From positions 864,001-928,000 of the forward strand of contig CAWCKJ010000004.1 in NCBI GenBank assembly GCA_963796105.1: DNA of 64,000 nucleotides, read 5' to 3'. The position numbers were made by a program, and so were the translations under genes. Positions 51,001 to 59,139 of the stretch are shown piece by piece. Every line of letters starts with the position of its first letter. Within the stretch, counting starts at the first letter, position 1. Below the pieces are notes generated by a model. That model made no database searches. It had not been told where the DNA came from and saw nothing but the letters and a program-made list of their open reading frames with translations. Origin of the DNA: a candidate division FCPU426 bacterium. Lineage in GTDB: Bacteria > Oederibacteriota > Muellerivitia > Muellerivitales > Muellerivitaceae.

Positions 51001-51325
51001 GATGCCGCTCTATCTTTGGGCCTGCCGGATCCTTTATCCGGGGGTTGTTCCTGAGTCGGCGGTCTTTGACTTTCTCACGGCCAAGGGCGGTTACCGGCGG
51101 GTTTCCTACGACGCTGGTGATTGGAAAAAGGTGGAGGAACCGCTCCGGACGGTCCTGGAAACCGCGTCGGAAGCGGTTTCCCAGGGGCTTTTCCCCGCGG
51201 CGGCGAAGAACTGCGGCCAATGCGATTACCAGGCCCTCTGCGGAACAGGCCGGGAAAGGCGGGGGGAACGGAAAAAAGAAGACCCCCGGGTGAAAGGATA
51301 TTACCGCTTGGAGGAACTAACTTGA
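48071..51325 (+). CDS. addB: AddB/RexB-like helicase-nuclease subunit
   Basis: Degenerate helicase region; SASRLETYASCP, G..DRVD, DYKTG, Q...Y and C..C.Y..LC Fe-S pattern. Confidence 0.85.
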   Translation: MRFSLYLGPYQPFLEEELYARVRELRSADPFSPLVVLVPNRLLVRHLREELARKQQWVFNIRFLTFHQYLLESMEDKWMTEGFRVLPETLVPWFLKEKSKAGRKTKGPFSAVENTPGFYKALRATLSELKQGDFNPTSLGESAVKLSKAKDRQSLSAKLREFSLLLESYEAWKKKEKWKDLDDLYAGALELPPSPTPLWVYGFYDASVLQQKALKHLCSAQNSDWFIPYEDNPVFDYAKPFVEWAGRLGEVIKPATWKRDDSSPLKKLQGNIFITEVVRWPEGPSTLGPNFGTRATSMSQSSSYSDEAPRNDNTFENSDVKILLCPGEPREIREGIRTLLDEAEKQEIPFSRCAVVLRQMENYRRMLGQAFSAQGVPLAKEPTVFLMETPEGKAVQLLLQCFQQEFPRDLFLNFLSSPNLKPEGFGLGPDDWNPHLWDRVSKEAGVVEGEKAWLDRLNSHLASRSRVSVPEEEELSKEEGESIRDFRKVLQKLFTTRQTFNLEKSWEGKSRVLLSLVMVLFRVSRAQGQLAAVLKGIQSLSRLSLGVSPEDFTSVLSELLEEQMVPWEKSDPGGVEVLDLMQARGVPFDVMVLPGLVEQGFPRVVRQDPLLLDEERRILNGLVDAKARIPEKAEGRLEEKLLFALAVRGARKTLVLTAPDLDPSTGGPRIPSIYLYETAQAVTGKRQAHLAEAGPFVKKIQVSGWIRGEGDRCGDDLEQLLSRFQMARGGKPLPALAYVAEKPFYFKAQELLKNRQWVRAFTPYDGVFQSPQALAELQKSHSLQGKALSASRLETYASCPIRYFFKYILKLKIHPEPERIFQLEAADKGTLMHAILEETLARGLTEGWFNKRETGKGRKVLVEETQKAFDRFEKDGLPGSPALWAWSRFSMTRDLERAFLSVMEDLEWVPGDFEKDFGKKDQAEVLFPASQGNFRLEGWMDRVDFSADGKRLRVLDYKTGSSTSFKKNSVKEGAKLQMPLYLWACRILYPGVVPESAVFDFLTAKGGYRRVSYDAGDWKKVEEPLRTVLETASEAVSQGLFPAAAKNCGQCDYQALCGTGRERRGERKKEDPRVKGYYRLEELT

Positions 51326-51342
51326 TAAATATTTATAAAAAA

Positions 51343-51468
51343 TGTCATCGCGAGGAGCTGCCCCAATCGGGGCGATTAGCGACGTGGCGACCTCAATTCG
51401 TCTTTTTTAAACTGTGTTTGCTTCGTCATAATCGCCCGCCTATTCGGCAGGCATTCCTCGCAATGACA
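51343..51468. repeat. Complete GTCATTGCGAG-type inverted repeat pair
   Basis: TGTCATCGCGAGGA...TCCTCGCAATGACA fills the addB-addA spacer. Confidence 0.85.
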
Positions 51469-51491
51469 CTATTTTATTTTTGGAGTTGGTA

Positions 51492-54400
51492 ATGATCAGC
51501 GACCAAGCGGCCAGGGATCGGGCCATCCAGGATCATGAAACCCTTTTCGCGGTGGACGCGGGAGCAGGCACGGGAAAAACCACCCTTCTGGTTTCCCGCC
51601 TGATCTCCCTGCTGGTGGAAAAGGAAGTGCCTCTTAGGAAAATCGCCGCCATCACTTTTACCGAGAAGGCCGCCGCCGAACTGGTGGACAGGCTCCGGCA
51701 GAAAATGGAGGAGGAATTAACCGGGAATCCAGCAAAAAAAGCCCTGATTCTCCAGGCCTTCCAGGACCTGGAAAGGGCGCCCATCTCCACCATCCACTCC
51801 TTTTGCGCCTCCCTCTTGAGGGAGTATCCGGTGGAGGCGGGGGTGGACCCGCGCTTCGCGGTCCTGGACGAGGTCCAGTCCGGGGCTTTCGAGTCCCAGG
51901 CCTGGGAAGAATGGCTGAAAAAATCGCTCAACAAGCAGGTGGAGCCGCTGTTCCATTTCCAAAGGATGGGCGGGTCTTTTGAGCACTTGGAGGAACTAAA
52001 AAACTTCCTGAAGCGCAACCACTCCCTCTTGGTTAATTCCGAAAGCCAGGTCCTGCCAAAGGGGGCGGATTTCGAGAAAATCTTAAGGAAATTTATCCAA
52101 AAGGTCAGTCCATCGGCTTCCTCCTGCAAGGACTCCTCGGACGGCCTTTTCCTGGCTCTTCAACAATTTCATGGTGATTGCGCCTTCTTGGACACTCTTA
52201 CGCCTGGGGAAATGCTTTTTGAAATGGGAAACCTGGAGATTCCCAAGGCCGCAAAAAAAGGAAACCAGAAAAATTGGGATAAGGCTGTCTTGAATAGCCT
52301 CCGCCAGGAATTTTCGGACCTTTCCGGGGAGCATGAGAAATTCTCCTCCGCCCTCAAGAACGCGGTGGTTTTAAACATCATCCATTGGCTGTGGAATTAC
52401 CTGAAAGAGTTCGAGGAGCAGAAAAAACGCCAGGGATTCCTGGACTTCGACGACCTTCTTCTAAAGACCCGGAACCTTTTGAAAGACCATCCCGAACCCC
52501 GGGAGGAATTGAAGAAACGGCTCGATTACCTCCTGGTGGATGAGTTCCAGGACACGGACCCCCTTCAAGTGGAAATTGTCTTTTTCCTGGCGGAAAAGGA
52601 GGGGAAGCCCAAAAAGAACCCTTCGACGAACTCAGGGCAGGCTGGTTTTGAGACCCATTGGCGCAAGGTTAAGTTGAAGCAGGGCAAACTCTTTTTGGTG
52701 GGGGACCCCAAGCAGAGCATCTACCGGTTCCGTCGGGCGGACGTGGAAATTTACGAGGAAACCAAAAAGTTGGTGTCGGACAACGGGGGAAAGGTGGAAC
52801 TGCTCAAGGAGAATTTCAGGACCGTGGGAAGCCTAGTGGACTGGGTTAATGGCAGATTCCCGTCTCTTTTTACAGGAACACTCATCCAATACAGCCCTCA
52901 AAATCCAAGCCGGAGGGAAGAAAGGCCCCTGGAGGCCGTACCGCCCCTGATCGGAATCCGGATTCCCTTCTCAGCGGATGAAAACACCTCCAAAGCCTCC
53001 CTTCGTCACAAGGAAGCGGAATGGACGGCGGATTTCATCCGCGAAAAACTGCTACAGGGAGGGTGGACCCTCTCGGACCCCAAGACCCATAAAATGAGAA
53101 AGGTTCAAGCGGGGGATATCGCGGTGCTTTTCAGGGACCTGTCCAACGAGAACGAGGAATATTGGGAGGAAGCGCTCCGCAAACGGGACATCTCCTTCCA
53201 AATCGTGGGGGGCAAAAGGTTTTACAACCGTCCCGAGATCGTGGCCCTTTCCACGCTTCTCAACTGCCTTTCCTCGCCCGCCGACGAGGCGGCCTGCGTG
53301 GCGGTCTTGCGAAGCCTCCTGTTCGGTTTTACAGACGAGAAAATCTTCCTGCACCGCTCTTCCGGCGGCGTCTTTCAATTCCTGAGACCGGCCCAGGGGG
53401 AGATGGAGAAGGCTTTCGACTTGCTGAGGGGCCTCTATGAGGGCACCCGGACCCTTTCCGTATCCGAAGTTCTGACGCAGTTCCTGGAAAAGACCAACCT
53501 TCCCGCTGTGGTGGCGGCCCAGCCCCATGGGGAACAGAGGGTGGCCAACCTCCTCAAGGTCGTGGACCAGGCGCGGGAACTGGAAACCTCCCAGCATTTC
53601 ACCTACCGCGCCTTCACGCAATGGCTGACGGCCCAGCAGGAGGACGAAACCATGGAAGGGGAGGCCCCGGGCCCCGACTCCACCGAGAACCGGGTCACCC
53701 TCATGACCATCCACAAGGCCAAGGGCCTGGAGTTCCCCGTGGTGATCGTCTCGGGGGTCGCCTCCGATAACCGGGAATCCGGATGCCTGCTGGACCGCAA
53801 GAACTCGGCTGGGGCTTATAAGGTGGGAAGCGTGGATTTGGGCCTGAAAACCTTGAACTACGAGGGGGTCCGCGCCGAGGAGCATGCCCAGGCCAAAGAG
53901 GAAAATGTCCGCCTTCTCTATGTGGCGGCCACCCGAGCGAGGGAATGCCTCGTCCTGCCCTTTTTCCTCCTTCCGGAAGGCTCCCGAACCAAAGCGGAGG
54001 ACCTTTTTCTCGCGCCTTTGTTGGACGGATTGGAAACCTCCCCTCTCCAGGGATGGGTCTCTATAAATCCCGGCGGAAAAATCTGGGTGGAAAACCCGGA
54101 GCCGGACAAATCCTCCCTGGAAGAACCTCCCGCGCTGGTGGTGGACCTGGATGAAAAGCTTTTGAAAACCCCGGAAGCCGAAGCGGAAGTGAAAAATATT
54201 TCGGCCAAGAAAGAGTCGCGTGAGCAAAAAATAAATAAACTTAAGGGTATTCCGGAATTCCAATCGGTGACCCAAAAACTCTCAGTGGATGGAGATAAAG
54301 AGGAGCGCCAATTGGAAATCCTGGATGATGGAGAAAAAAAGCAGTCCTTCTCCGGTGGAAAGGATTTCGGGAGCCTGGTCCATTTGCTCCTGGAAAAAGG

Positions 54401-54812
54401 CTGGGATTGGCCCCGGGAGACCTTATCCCGCGCCGCGGTTCTTTACGGTGAGGAACTGGGAATTTCAGCCAAAGAGGCGGCTGAGGCGGCGAAGATGGCT
54501 GAGACCGTGTTCAAGAGCGAACTCCTTCAAAGGGCTAGGAAAGCGGGAAGAGTTTTCCGGGAACTGCCGGTTACGGGAACCATTGAGCCGGGAACATACC
54601 TGAACGCAGTCATCGACCTGGCTTTCCTGGAAGGGGACGAGTGGGTGCTGGTGGACTACAAGACGGACCAGGACATGGATAAAGAAAAGGAAAAGTACCA
54701 AAAGCAATTGGGTTATTACCGGGAACTCTTACAAAAATACACAGGACGGAAAGTGAAGGAATCTTTTCTTTATTTTGTGCGTAGGGGAGTTTGCCAACTC
54801 ATTCCCGGGTAG
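51492..54812 (+). CDS. addA: AddA/RexA-like UvrD helicase-nuclease
   Basis: AGAGTGKT, TFTEKAA, VDEFQD, VGDPKQSIYRFR, TIHKAKGLEF, YVAATRA and C-terminal ID...DYKT. Confidence 0.9.
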   Translation: MISDQAARDRAIQDHETLFAVDAGAGTGKTTLLVSRLISLLVEKEVPLRKIAAITFTEKAAAELVDRLRQKMEEELTGNPAKKALILQAFQDLERAPISTIHSFCASLLREYPVEAGVDPRFAVLDEVQSGAFESQAWEEWLKKSLNKQVEPLFHFQRMGGSFEHLEELKNFLKRNHSLLVNSESQVLPKGADFEKILRKFIQKVSPSASSCKDSSDGLFLALQQFHGDCAFLDTLTPGEMLFEMGNLEIPKAAKKGNQKNWDKAVLNSLRQEFSDLSGEHEKFSSALKNAVVLNIIHWLWNYLKEFEEQKKRQGFLDFDDLLLKTRNLLKDHPEPREELKKRLDYLLVDEFQDTDPLQVEIVFFLAEKEGKPKKNPSTNSGQAGFETHWRKVKLKQGKLFLVGDPKQSIYRFRRADVEIYEETKKLVSDNGGKVELLKENFRTVGSLVDWVNGRFPSLFTGTLIQYSPQNPSRREERPLEAVPPLIGIRIPFSADENTSKASLRHKEAEWTADFIREKLLQGGWTLSDPKTHKMRKVQAGDIAVLFRDLSNENEEYWEEALRKRDISFQIVGGKRFYNRPEIVALSTLLNCLSSPADEAACVAVLRSLLFGFTDEKIFLHRSSGGVFQFLRPAQGEMEKAFDLLRGLYEGTRTLSVSEVLTQFLEKTNLPAVVAAQPHGEQRVANLLKVVDQARELETSQHFTYRAFTQWLTAQQEDETMEGEAPGPDSTENRVTLMTIHKAKGLEFPVVIVSGVASDNRESGCLLDRKNSAGAYKVGSVDLGLKTLNYEGVRAEEHAQAKEENVRLLYVAATRARECLVLPFFLLPEGSRTKAEDLFLAPLLDGLETSPLQGWVSINPGGKIWVENPEPDKSSLEEPPALVVDLDEKLLKTPEAEAEVKNISAKKESREQKINKLKGIPEFQSVTQKLSVDGDKEERQLEILDDGEKKQSFSGGKDFGSLVHLLLEKGWDWPRETLSRAAVLYGEELGISAKEAAEAAKMAETVFKSELLQRARKAGRVFRELPVTGTIEPGTYLNAVIDLAFLEGDEWVLVDYKTDQDMDKEKEKYQKQLGYYRELLQKYTGRKVKESFLYFVRRGVCQLIPG

Positions 54813-54813
54813 A

Positions 54814-56973
54814 TCATTTTGAAGAAGTGCCTAAGTAATCACCCGCCCTTGTAAAATTCAAAGGCGCTTGGGTGGCTTTCTTGAAGTTTTGAATGGCTTC
54901 GCGATTGTCTCCGCTAAGGACTTGAAAAACTCCCAACTGATAATAAAGATTAGCGGATGGATAACCGTTTTTAATAGCTTTTTGTAAAGCCACCCGATAA
55001 GGCTGTAATGACGAATGATTCTGGAGGGAAGGGTTGATCGCATGTTTCGAGAATTGGCGGTATTCCATGATAGTTGTGTTCTCATTCCCTAAAACTATTT
55101 TTCGAAAGCCGATATCCGCAATGAATTTCCAATAAATAGATTCTAAAAACGGGTCGCCTTGGAAAAAGGGATAAATCTCATCAAGGCTTGGGGAAATTCC
55201 ATTGAAGTCAGGATCATAATTTGGAGACGCCATCCCGTAGCGGTCGAGAAAAGGTTGAATAGCCTCGGAAGCCCGTTGCCAACGGTGGAAAACAGGCAGA
55301 CGATCAGGTTTTAAAGGAATAATCCATACCATGTCGCCGCCATCCAATGGAGGATGATCCTTAGGGATCCAGTAAGCCATTCCATCGGAAAATCGTTCTT
55401 TCAGGAAAGGTTTATAGTTCACATTGGTCACAATCGCGGCCCAATGACCTTCTTCAAGCGGATGTTCCCTCCAGCACAAGGGATTGAAAGGAGTGGCTGC
55501 GAAACCCAGGAAAGGCGGACATGGTTTCAACCATAAATCCGAGAAAACCAATCCAGGACCTCTTTCCCGGCCGGTTTGGACCAGGAGCCGGTATGCCCGG
55601 GATAAATCAACCCAAGGATAACTTGAGTTGATATATAACCTGGTTTTTTCCAGGTTGTTGAAGTCCAAACCAAATGATAACAAAACTAATGCGGCGAGAA
55701 AAATCTTTGGCCGCGTTCCTTCCAGCGTCGGGAACAGGGCTTGAATGCCCACGGCTGACACAATCAAGAATAAAGGCATGAGCGAAACAACATGAAATCC
55801 GTTCTTATCGGTAGCCAGGAGGATAGGAAAAAATAGAATGATGAAAGCGGATCCGAGCCATCTAACGAGTTGCGCGGTTCGATGACTGTATAATTCTATC
55901 GCCCCTAAAAAAAAAGCGCTTGAAATAAGGGGATTTAAAAATCCCCCCCACTTTGGGTTGTAAGTGAAAGGACTGCTCCAACCTTTCCAAAAGAACGAAG
56001 TAAAGTTAGGGATATCCTGCCAAAAGTTCCACTGACTGGATACTCCCCCTTTAAATCGAAAAGCCAAAAGGCTGGATATATAACCCAAGTAATGGTAGTT
56101 ATCCCCGGAAATAATCATGGGAATCAGCACTAGCAACATTGACAGAAAAAACCAAATGACTGGATTTTTCAACGGCGACATTGCCTTTTTTTTCGTTAAA
56201 AGAACCGTCACGAGGGTCAAGACAGCCAAAAGGGGCCAGCCGAAGTAAGTATAAAATCCTAAACCAGTCAAAATTCCCAAAACAATCGACCATTTCCATT
56301 GGATTACTGGGTTGGGACTCAATGAAAACAGAGTTAACACGAAAAAAATCACCGATTCCCAAAAGACCATCAAGACAGCCTCGTGGGAGAACCTTCCGAT
56401 AAAAACCGGCCAAAAACTTATGGACATTAACGCGAGGGCTAAAAAGGCGGCTGACTTGGAGACTATGCGCTTGGCGGCGATATAGAAAAAATACAGGCTG
56501 GCGAGGGATAGAAGTACCGGAAGAACCCAAAGCCCTAACAGAGAAACCCCGAAGATCTTAAACTCAAACGACAATAACCAAATATAAAACGGCGGGATGT
56601 TGCCGAAGAAAAATTTCCATGTCCAATGTTCATCAAGCCGGATGGCATTTAGGGCTGAGGAAATCTCGTCATAGAGTGGAAAATCCAAAAAGGAGGTCAA
56701 CCGGTATAACCGAAAAGAAAATGCCGCGATGATAATGAGAACCCATGCCCAGGAGGATGGGGTGAAAATATTTTGTTCCCAAAGGGGTTTTAACGCGGAC
56801 GATTTTTTTGAAGTCAACGCCACTATGAAGGGAATCAAAATCCCGAATATACCCAGCCAAAGTTTTAACTCCAGGGAGAGGGAACAATAGGAAAGAAGCG
56901 CGTTAGCCAAAACGAAGATAATAAAATATAACCAGGGCAGGTATTTAGCGTCTTGAGAAAGAATGTTTTTCAT
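54814..56973 (-). CDS. GT-C (ArnT/PMT-like) membrane glycosyltransferase with a C-terminal TPR-like segment
   Basis: R.Y.L...YDE...PPFY first-loop motif; many TMs; YYQLG...EA...F.KA tail. Confidence 0.8.
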   Translation of the reverse strand: MKNILSQDAKYLPWLYFIIFVLANALLSYCSLSLELKLWLGIFGILIPFIVALTSKKSSALKPLWEQNIFTPSSWAWVLIIIAAFSFRLYRLTSFLDFPLYDEISSALNAIRLDEHWTWKFFFGNIPPFYIWLLSFEFKIFGVSLLGLWVLPVLLSLASLYFFYIAAKRIVSKSAAFLALALMSISFWPVFIGRFSHEAVLMVFWESVIFFVLTLFSLSPNPVIQWKWSIVLGILTGLGFYTYFGWPLLAVLTLVTVLLTKKKAMSPLKNPVIWFFLSMLLVLIPMIISGDNYHYLGYISSLLAFRFKGGVSSQWNFWQDIPNFTSFFWKGWSSPFTYNPKWGGFLNPLISSAFFLGAIELYSHRTAQLVRWLGSAFIILFFPILLATDKNGFHVVSLMPLFLIVSAVGIQALFPTLEGTRPKIFLAALVLLSFGLDFNNLEKTRLYINSSYPWVDLSRAYRLLVQTGRERGPGLVFSDLWLKPCPPFLGFAATPFNPLCWREHPLEEGHWAAIVTNVNYKPFLKERFSDGMAYWIPKDHPPLDGGDMVWIIPLKPDRLPVFHRWQRASEAIQPFLDRYGMASPNYDPDFNGISPSLDEIYPFFQGDPFLESIYWKFIADIGFRKIVLGNENTTIMEYRQFSKHAINPSLQNHSSLQPYRVALQKAIKNGYPSANLYYQLGVFQVLSGDNREAIQNFKKATQAPLNFTRAGDYLGTSSK

Positions 56974-57006
56974 AAGATAAAAACCATTTGGAATTATTCC
57001 CTTTGT

Positions 57007-57369
57007 TTAAATACCGCCGGCGGCTTTCACCCATTCAACCAAACTCTTATCGATCTCGTTCAACCACTTTACCCAACGGTCATGAAGCTCCTGCGAGAGA
57101 AGCACCTTTTTCAGGCAGAGGGACATCAAGGGAACGCTTTCATGGACCAGGACGAGGGCTTCCCTCAGGTTTTTCTGGGTGGTCAGGGCGCTTTGGGAAT
57201 CCTGGGCTTTACGGATTTTCTGGGAAAGGGAGTGGGTCTGGCGCTTGAGGCGGGAGACAGCCTCGTTTTTCAAGGCCCAGGGAAGGCGCTGGTAGGTCTT
57301 GTCGATCTCACCCGCCAGGCCGTCGCACAAGGCGGCCAGATCCACGTTGAGAAAATCGGATGAAACCAT
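57007..57369 (-). CDS. Four-helix-bundle protein (23S-IVP/Avd-like fold)
   Basis: 120 aa; helix spacing LP...K.....L.R...S and E...L...EI...L..W. Confidence 0.55.
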   Translation of the reverse strand: MVSSDFLNVDLAALCDGLAGEIDKTYQRLPWALKNEAVSRLKRQTHSLSQKIRKAQDSQSALTTQKNLREALVLVHESVPLMSLCLKKVLLSQELHDRWVKWLNEIDKSLVEWVKAAGGI

Positions 57370-57491
57370 TTTGAATCCTTTTTTACCTAATCCCTTGAAG
57401 TTTATATCGACTCCACTTTATTTTGTTCTATTGAGTGAAACTGCCGTTGCCGGTTCATTTTAAAAAAGTGATTGAAAGAAGCCGGCTTTTA

Positions 57492-59105
57492 TCACAAGCG
57501 CGATTTTTGGAGTAGCCGTTTTTCCAGTTCTCCACCTTTTCGCATGAAGAGCAGGAACATGCCCCGATGCGGCCTATTGGGAACATGACGATAACGGTCT
57601 CGAAACCATTCCAAAACCGGATGGCGGATTCCGGTGGAAACCATGTCTGTAATAGGAAGAATGAACAATTCGGGCTTGTTTTTCTCGAGGTCTTGGATAA
57701 CCCTTCTTGTCATATTTCCGGCCATCGGACCCTTCAACAGGGGATAGGAAAAGAAAATGCCGCTGGAAGGAAAGTGGAGGCTGTAATAATAGATTCCCGT
57801 CTCATTTCCCCATTCGTAAAAGGTCTCACCGGGTTTGAGCATCCGGTTAATCTCCTTTCCCACCTGGCAGGATTGGAGGAATAAATCACCGTATTTCCAT
57901 TCTGACCACGTTTGGGCCGGCTCCAGATAAAAGGGGATCTCATGAAGAACCAGGATAGCCAAGACTAAACCCCCTGGTAGAAAAACCAACGACTTCAAGG
58001 TTTTTTTCAAGGAACCGCCCATTTCGGCCGCTCCCCATGCCCCGCCAATGACCAATGGAGGAAACAAGAGTTGGTAATAGTGAGGCGGGTAATGCCCCGA
58101 TCCCAAGATTTGGGGAAGTATTGAAAACAGATAAGAGAACCATAAAACCCAAAGAAAATACTTCTCTTTCTTTTGGCGATAAGCTCCCCAGCAAGACAAC
58201 AGCAGGAGTGGTAAAAGGAATTCCGCGAAATGGGGGCCGAAATTCGAACCTTTTATGTGATTGAAAAAATCCTGAAGGGAAGCGGCCTGGTAATAATTGT
58301 AAATAAAATTAAAAAAGAAAACCGCGTACTGGAAATCCACCCACCGGTGAGATCCGATGAAATACACGGCGATTAAAGCCCATCCCCCCGCCAATATGGA
58401 CCCCGGCACCAAGATTTTGCGGAAGGTTATATTTCTCGAAGCCCGATTCGAACAAAGGAAAAAAGAAACGATGCCCAAAGCCAGGAAACTTAGTACGGAG
58501 GGCTGTTTGTAAAGAGAAGCGAGCAAGGAAATTAAACCTAATAATATCGGTATCTTGCATCCTGCGGAATCCCTCAACCGAATCCATAAGAAGAAGGCCA
58601 GGGCCAAAGCGGCGTTTACGAAGACCTCGGTGTTGGGTTGATTTGCTTGAAAGTAAAGGTCCCCGGAAATAACCGACCAAAATAAAGCCGCCCAGATACC
58701 GGCCGCCCAACCTGATCCCCATAAACCGGCCATGAAAACCGCGATTAAGGTCAAGATTGAAAAGAAAATATTCAACAAAAAAATTGATGAAGGGCCATAT
58801 CCATTCAGGACTTCCGCGGCGGCAAATGAAAAATAAAGGGCTGGAGGTTTGCAATCCCATAAGTCGGAATAAAGTTGCCGCCCTTTTAACAGGCCATCCC
58901 CAATGAGGGCGTAGGTGGTGATATCCCTTTCCAAAGGTTCGTTGTAGGTATGAAGCCGCTCTAAAACGATGAGACAGGCCAGGGCCAACAGGAGAAACAC
59001 GGAAAACCATTTTACGAAGTTTGTTTTTACGCTCATTTTCGGACCTATGGCGATTGAAAAAGGTTTTGAGGCAAAGATTCGGACTGGATGAAATACCACG
59101 GCCAA
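57492..59105 (-). CDS. GT-C (PMT-like) membrane glycosyltransferase
   Basis: ERD...Y...LY.DLWD.KPP, N.E.F, KQP and HYY motifs; the start may be ATG 59036. Confidence 0.8.
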   Translation of the reverse strand: MAVVFHPVRIFASKPFSIAIGPKMSVKTNFVKWFSVFLLLALACLIVLERLHTYNEPLERDITTYALIGDGLLKGRQLYSDLWDCKPPALYFSFAAAEVLNGYGPSSIFLLNIFFSILTLIAVFMAGLWGSGWAAGIWAALFWSVISGDLYFQANQPNTEVFVNAALALAFFLWIRLRDSAGCKIPILLGLISLLASLYKQPSVLSFLALGIVSFFLCSNRASRNITFRKILVPGSILAGGWALIAVYFIGSHRWVDFQYAVFFFNFIYNYYQAASLQDFFNHIKGSNFGPHFAEFLLPLLLLSCWGAYRQKKEKYFLWVLWFSYLFSILPQILGSGHYPPHYYQLLFPPLVIGGAWGAAEMGGSLKKTLKSLVFLPGGLVLAILVLHEIPFYLEPAQTWSEWKYGDLFLQSCQVGKEINRMLKPGETFYEWGNETGIYYYSLHFPSSGIFFSYPLLKGPMAGNMTRRVIQDLEKNKPELFILPITDMVSTGIRHPVLEWFRDRYRHVPNRPHRGMFLLFMRKGGELEKRLLQKSRL

Positions 59106-59139
59106 AGATTGCCTGGAAATCTATAAAGGTTTCTTGGGT

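Noticed and set aside
49126..54275. Alternative-frame ORFs 49126-50100, 49267-50262 and 53052-54275
   Set aside because: They overlap addB/addA, have biased composition and show no recognisable domains
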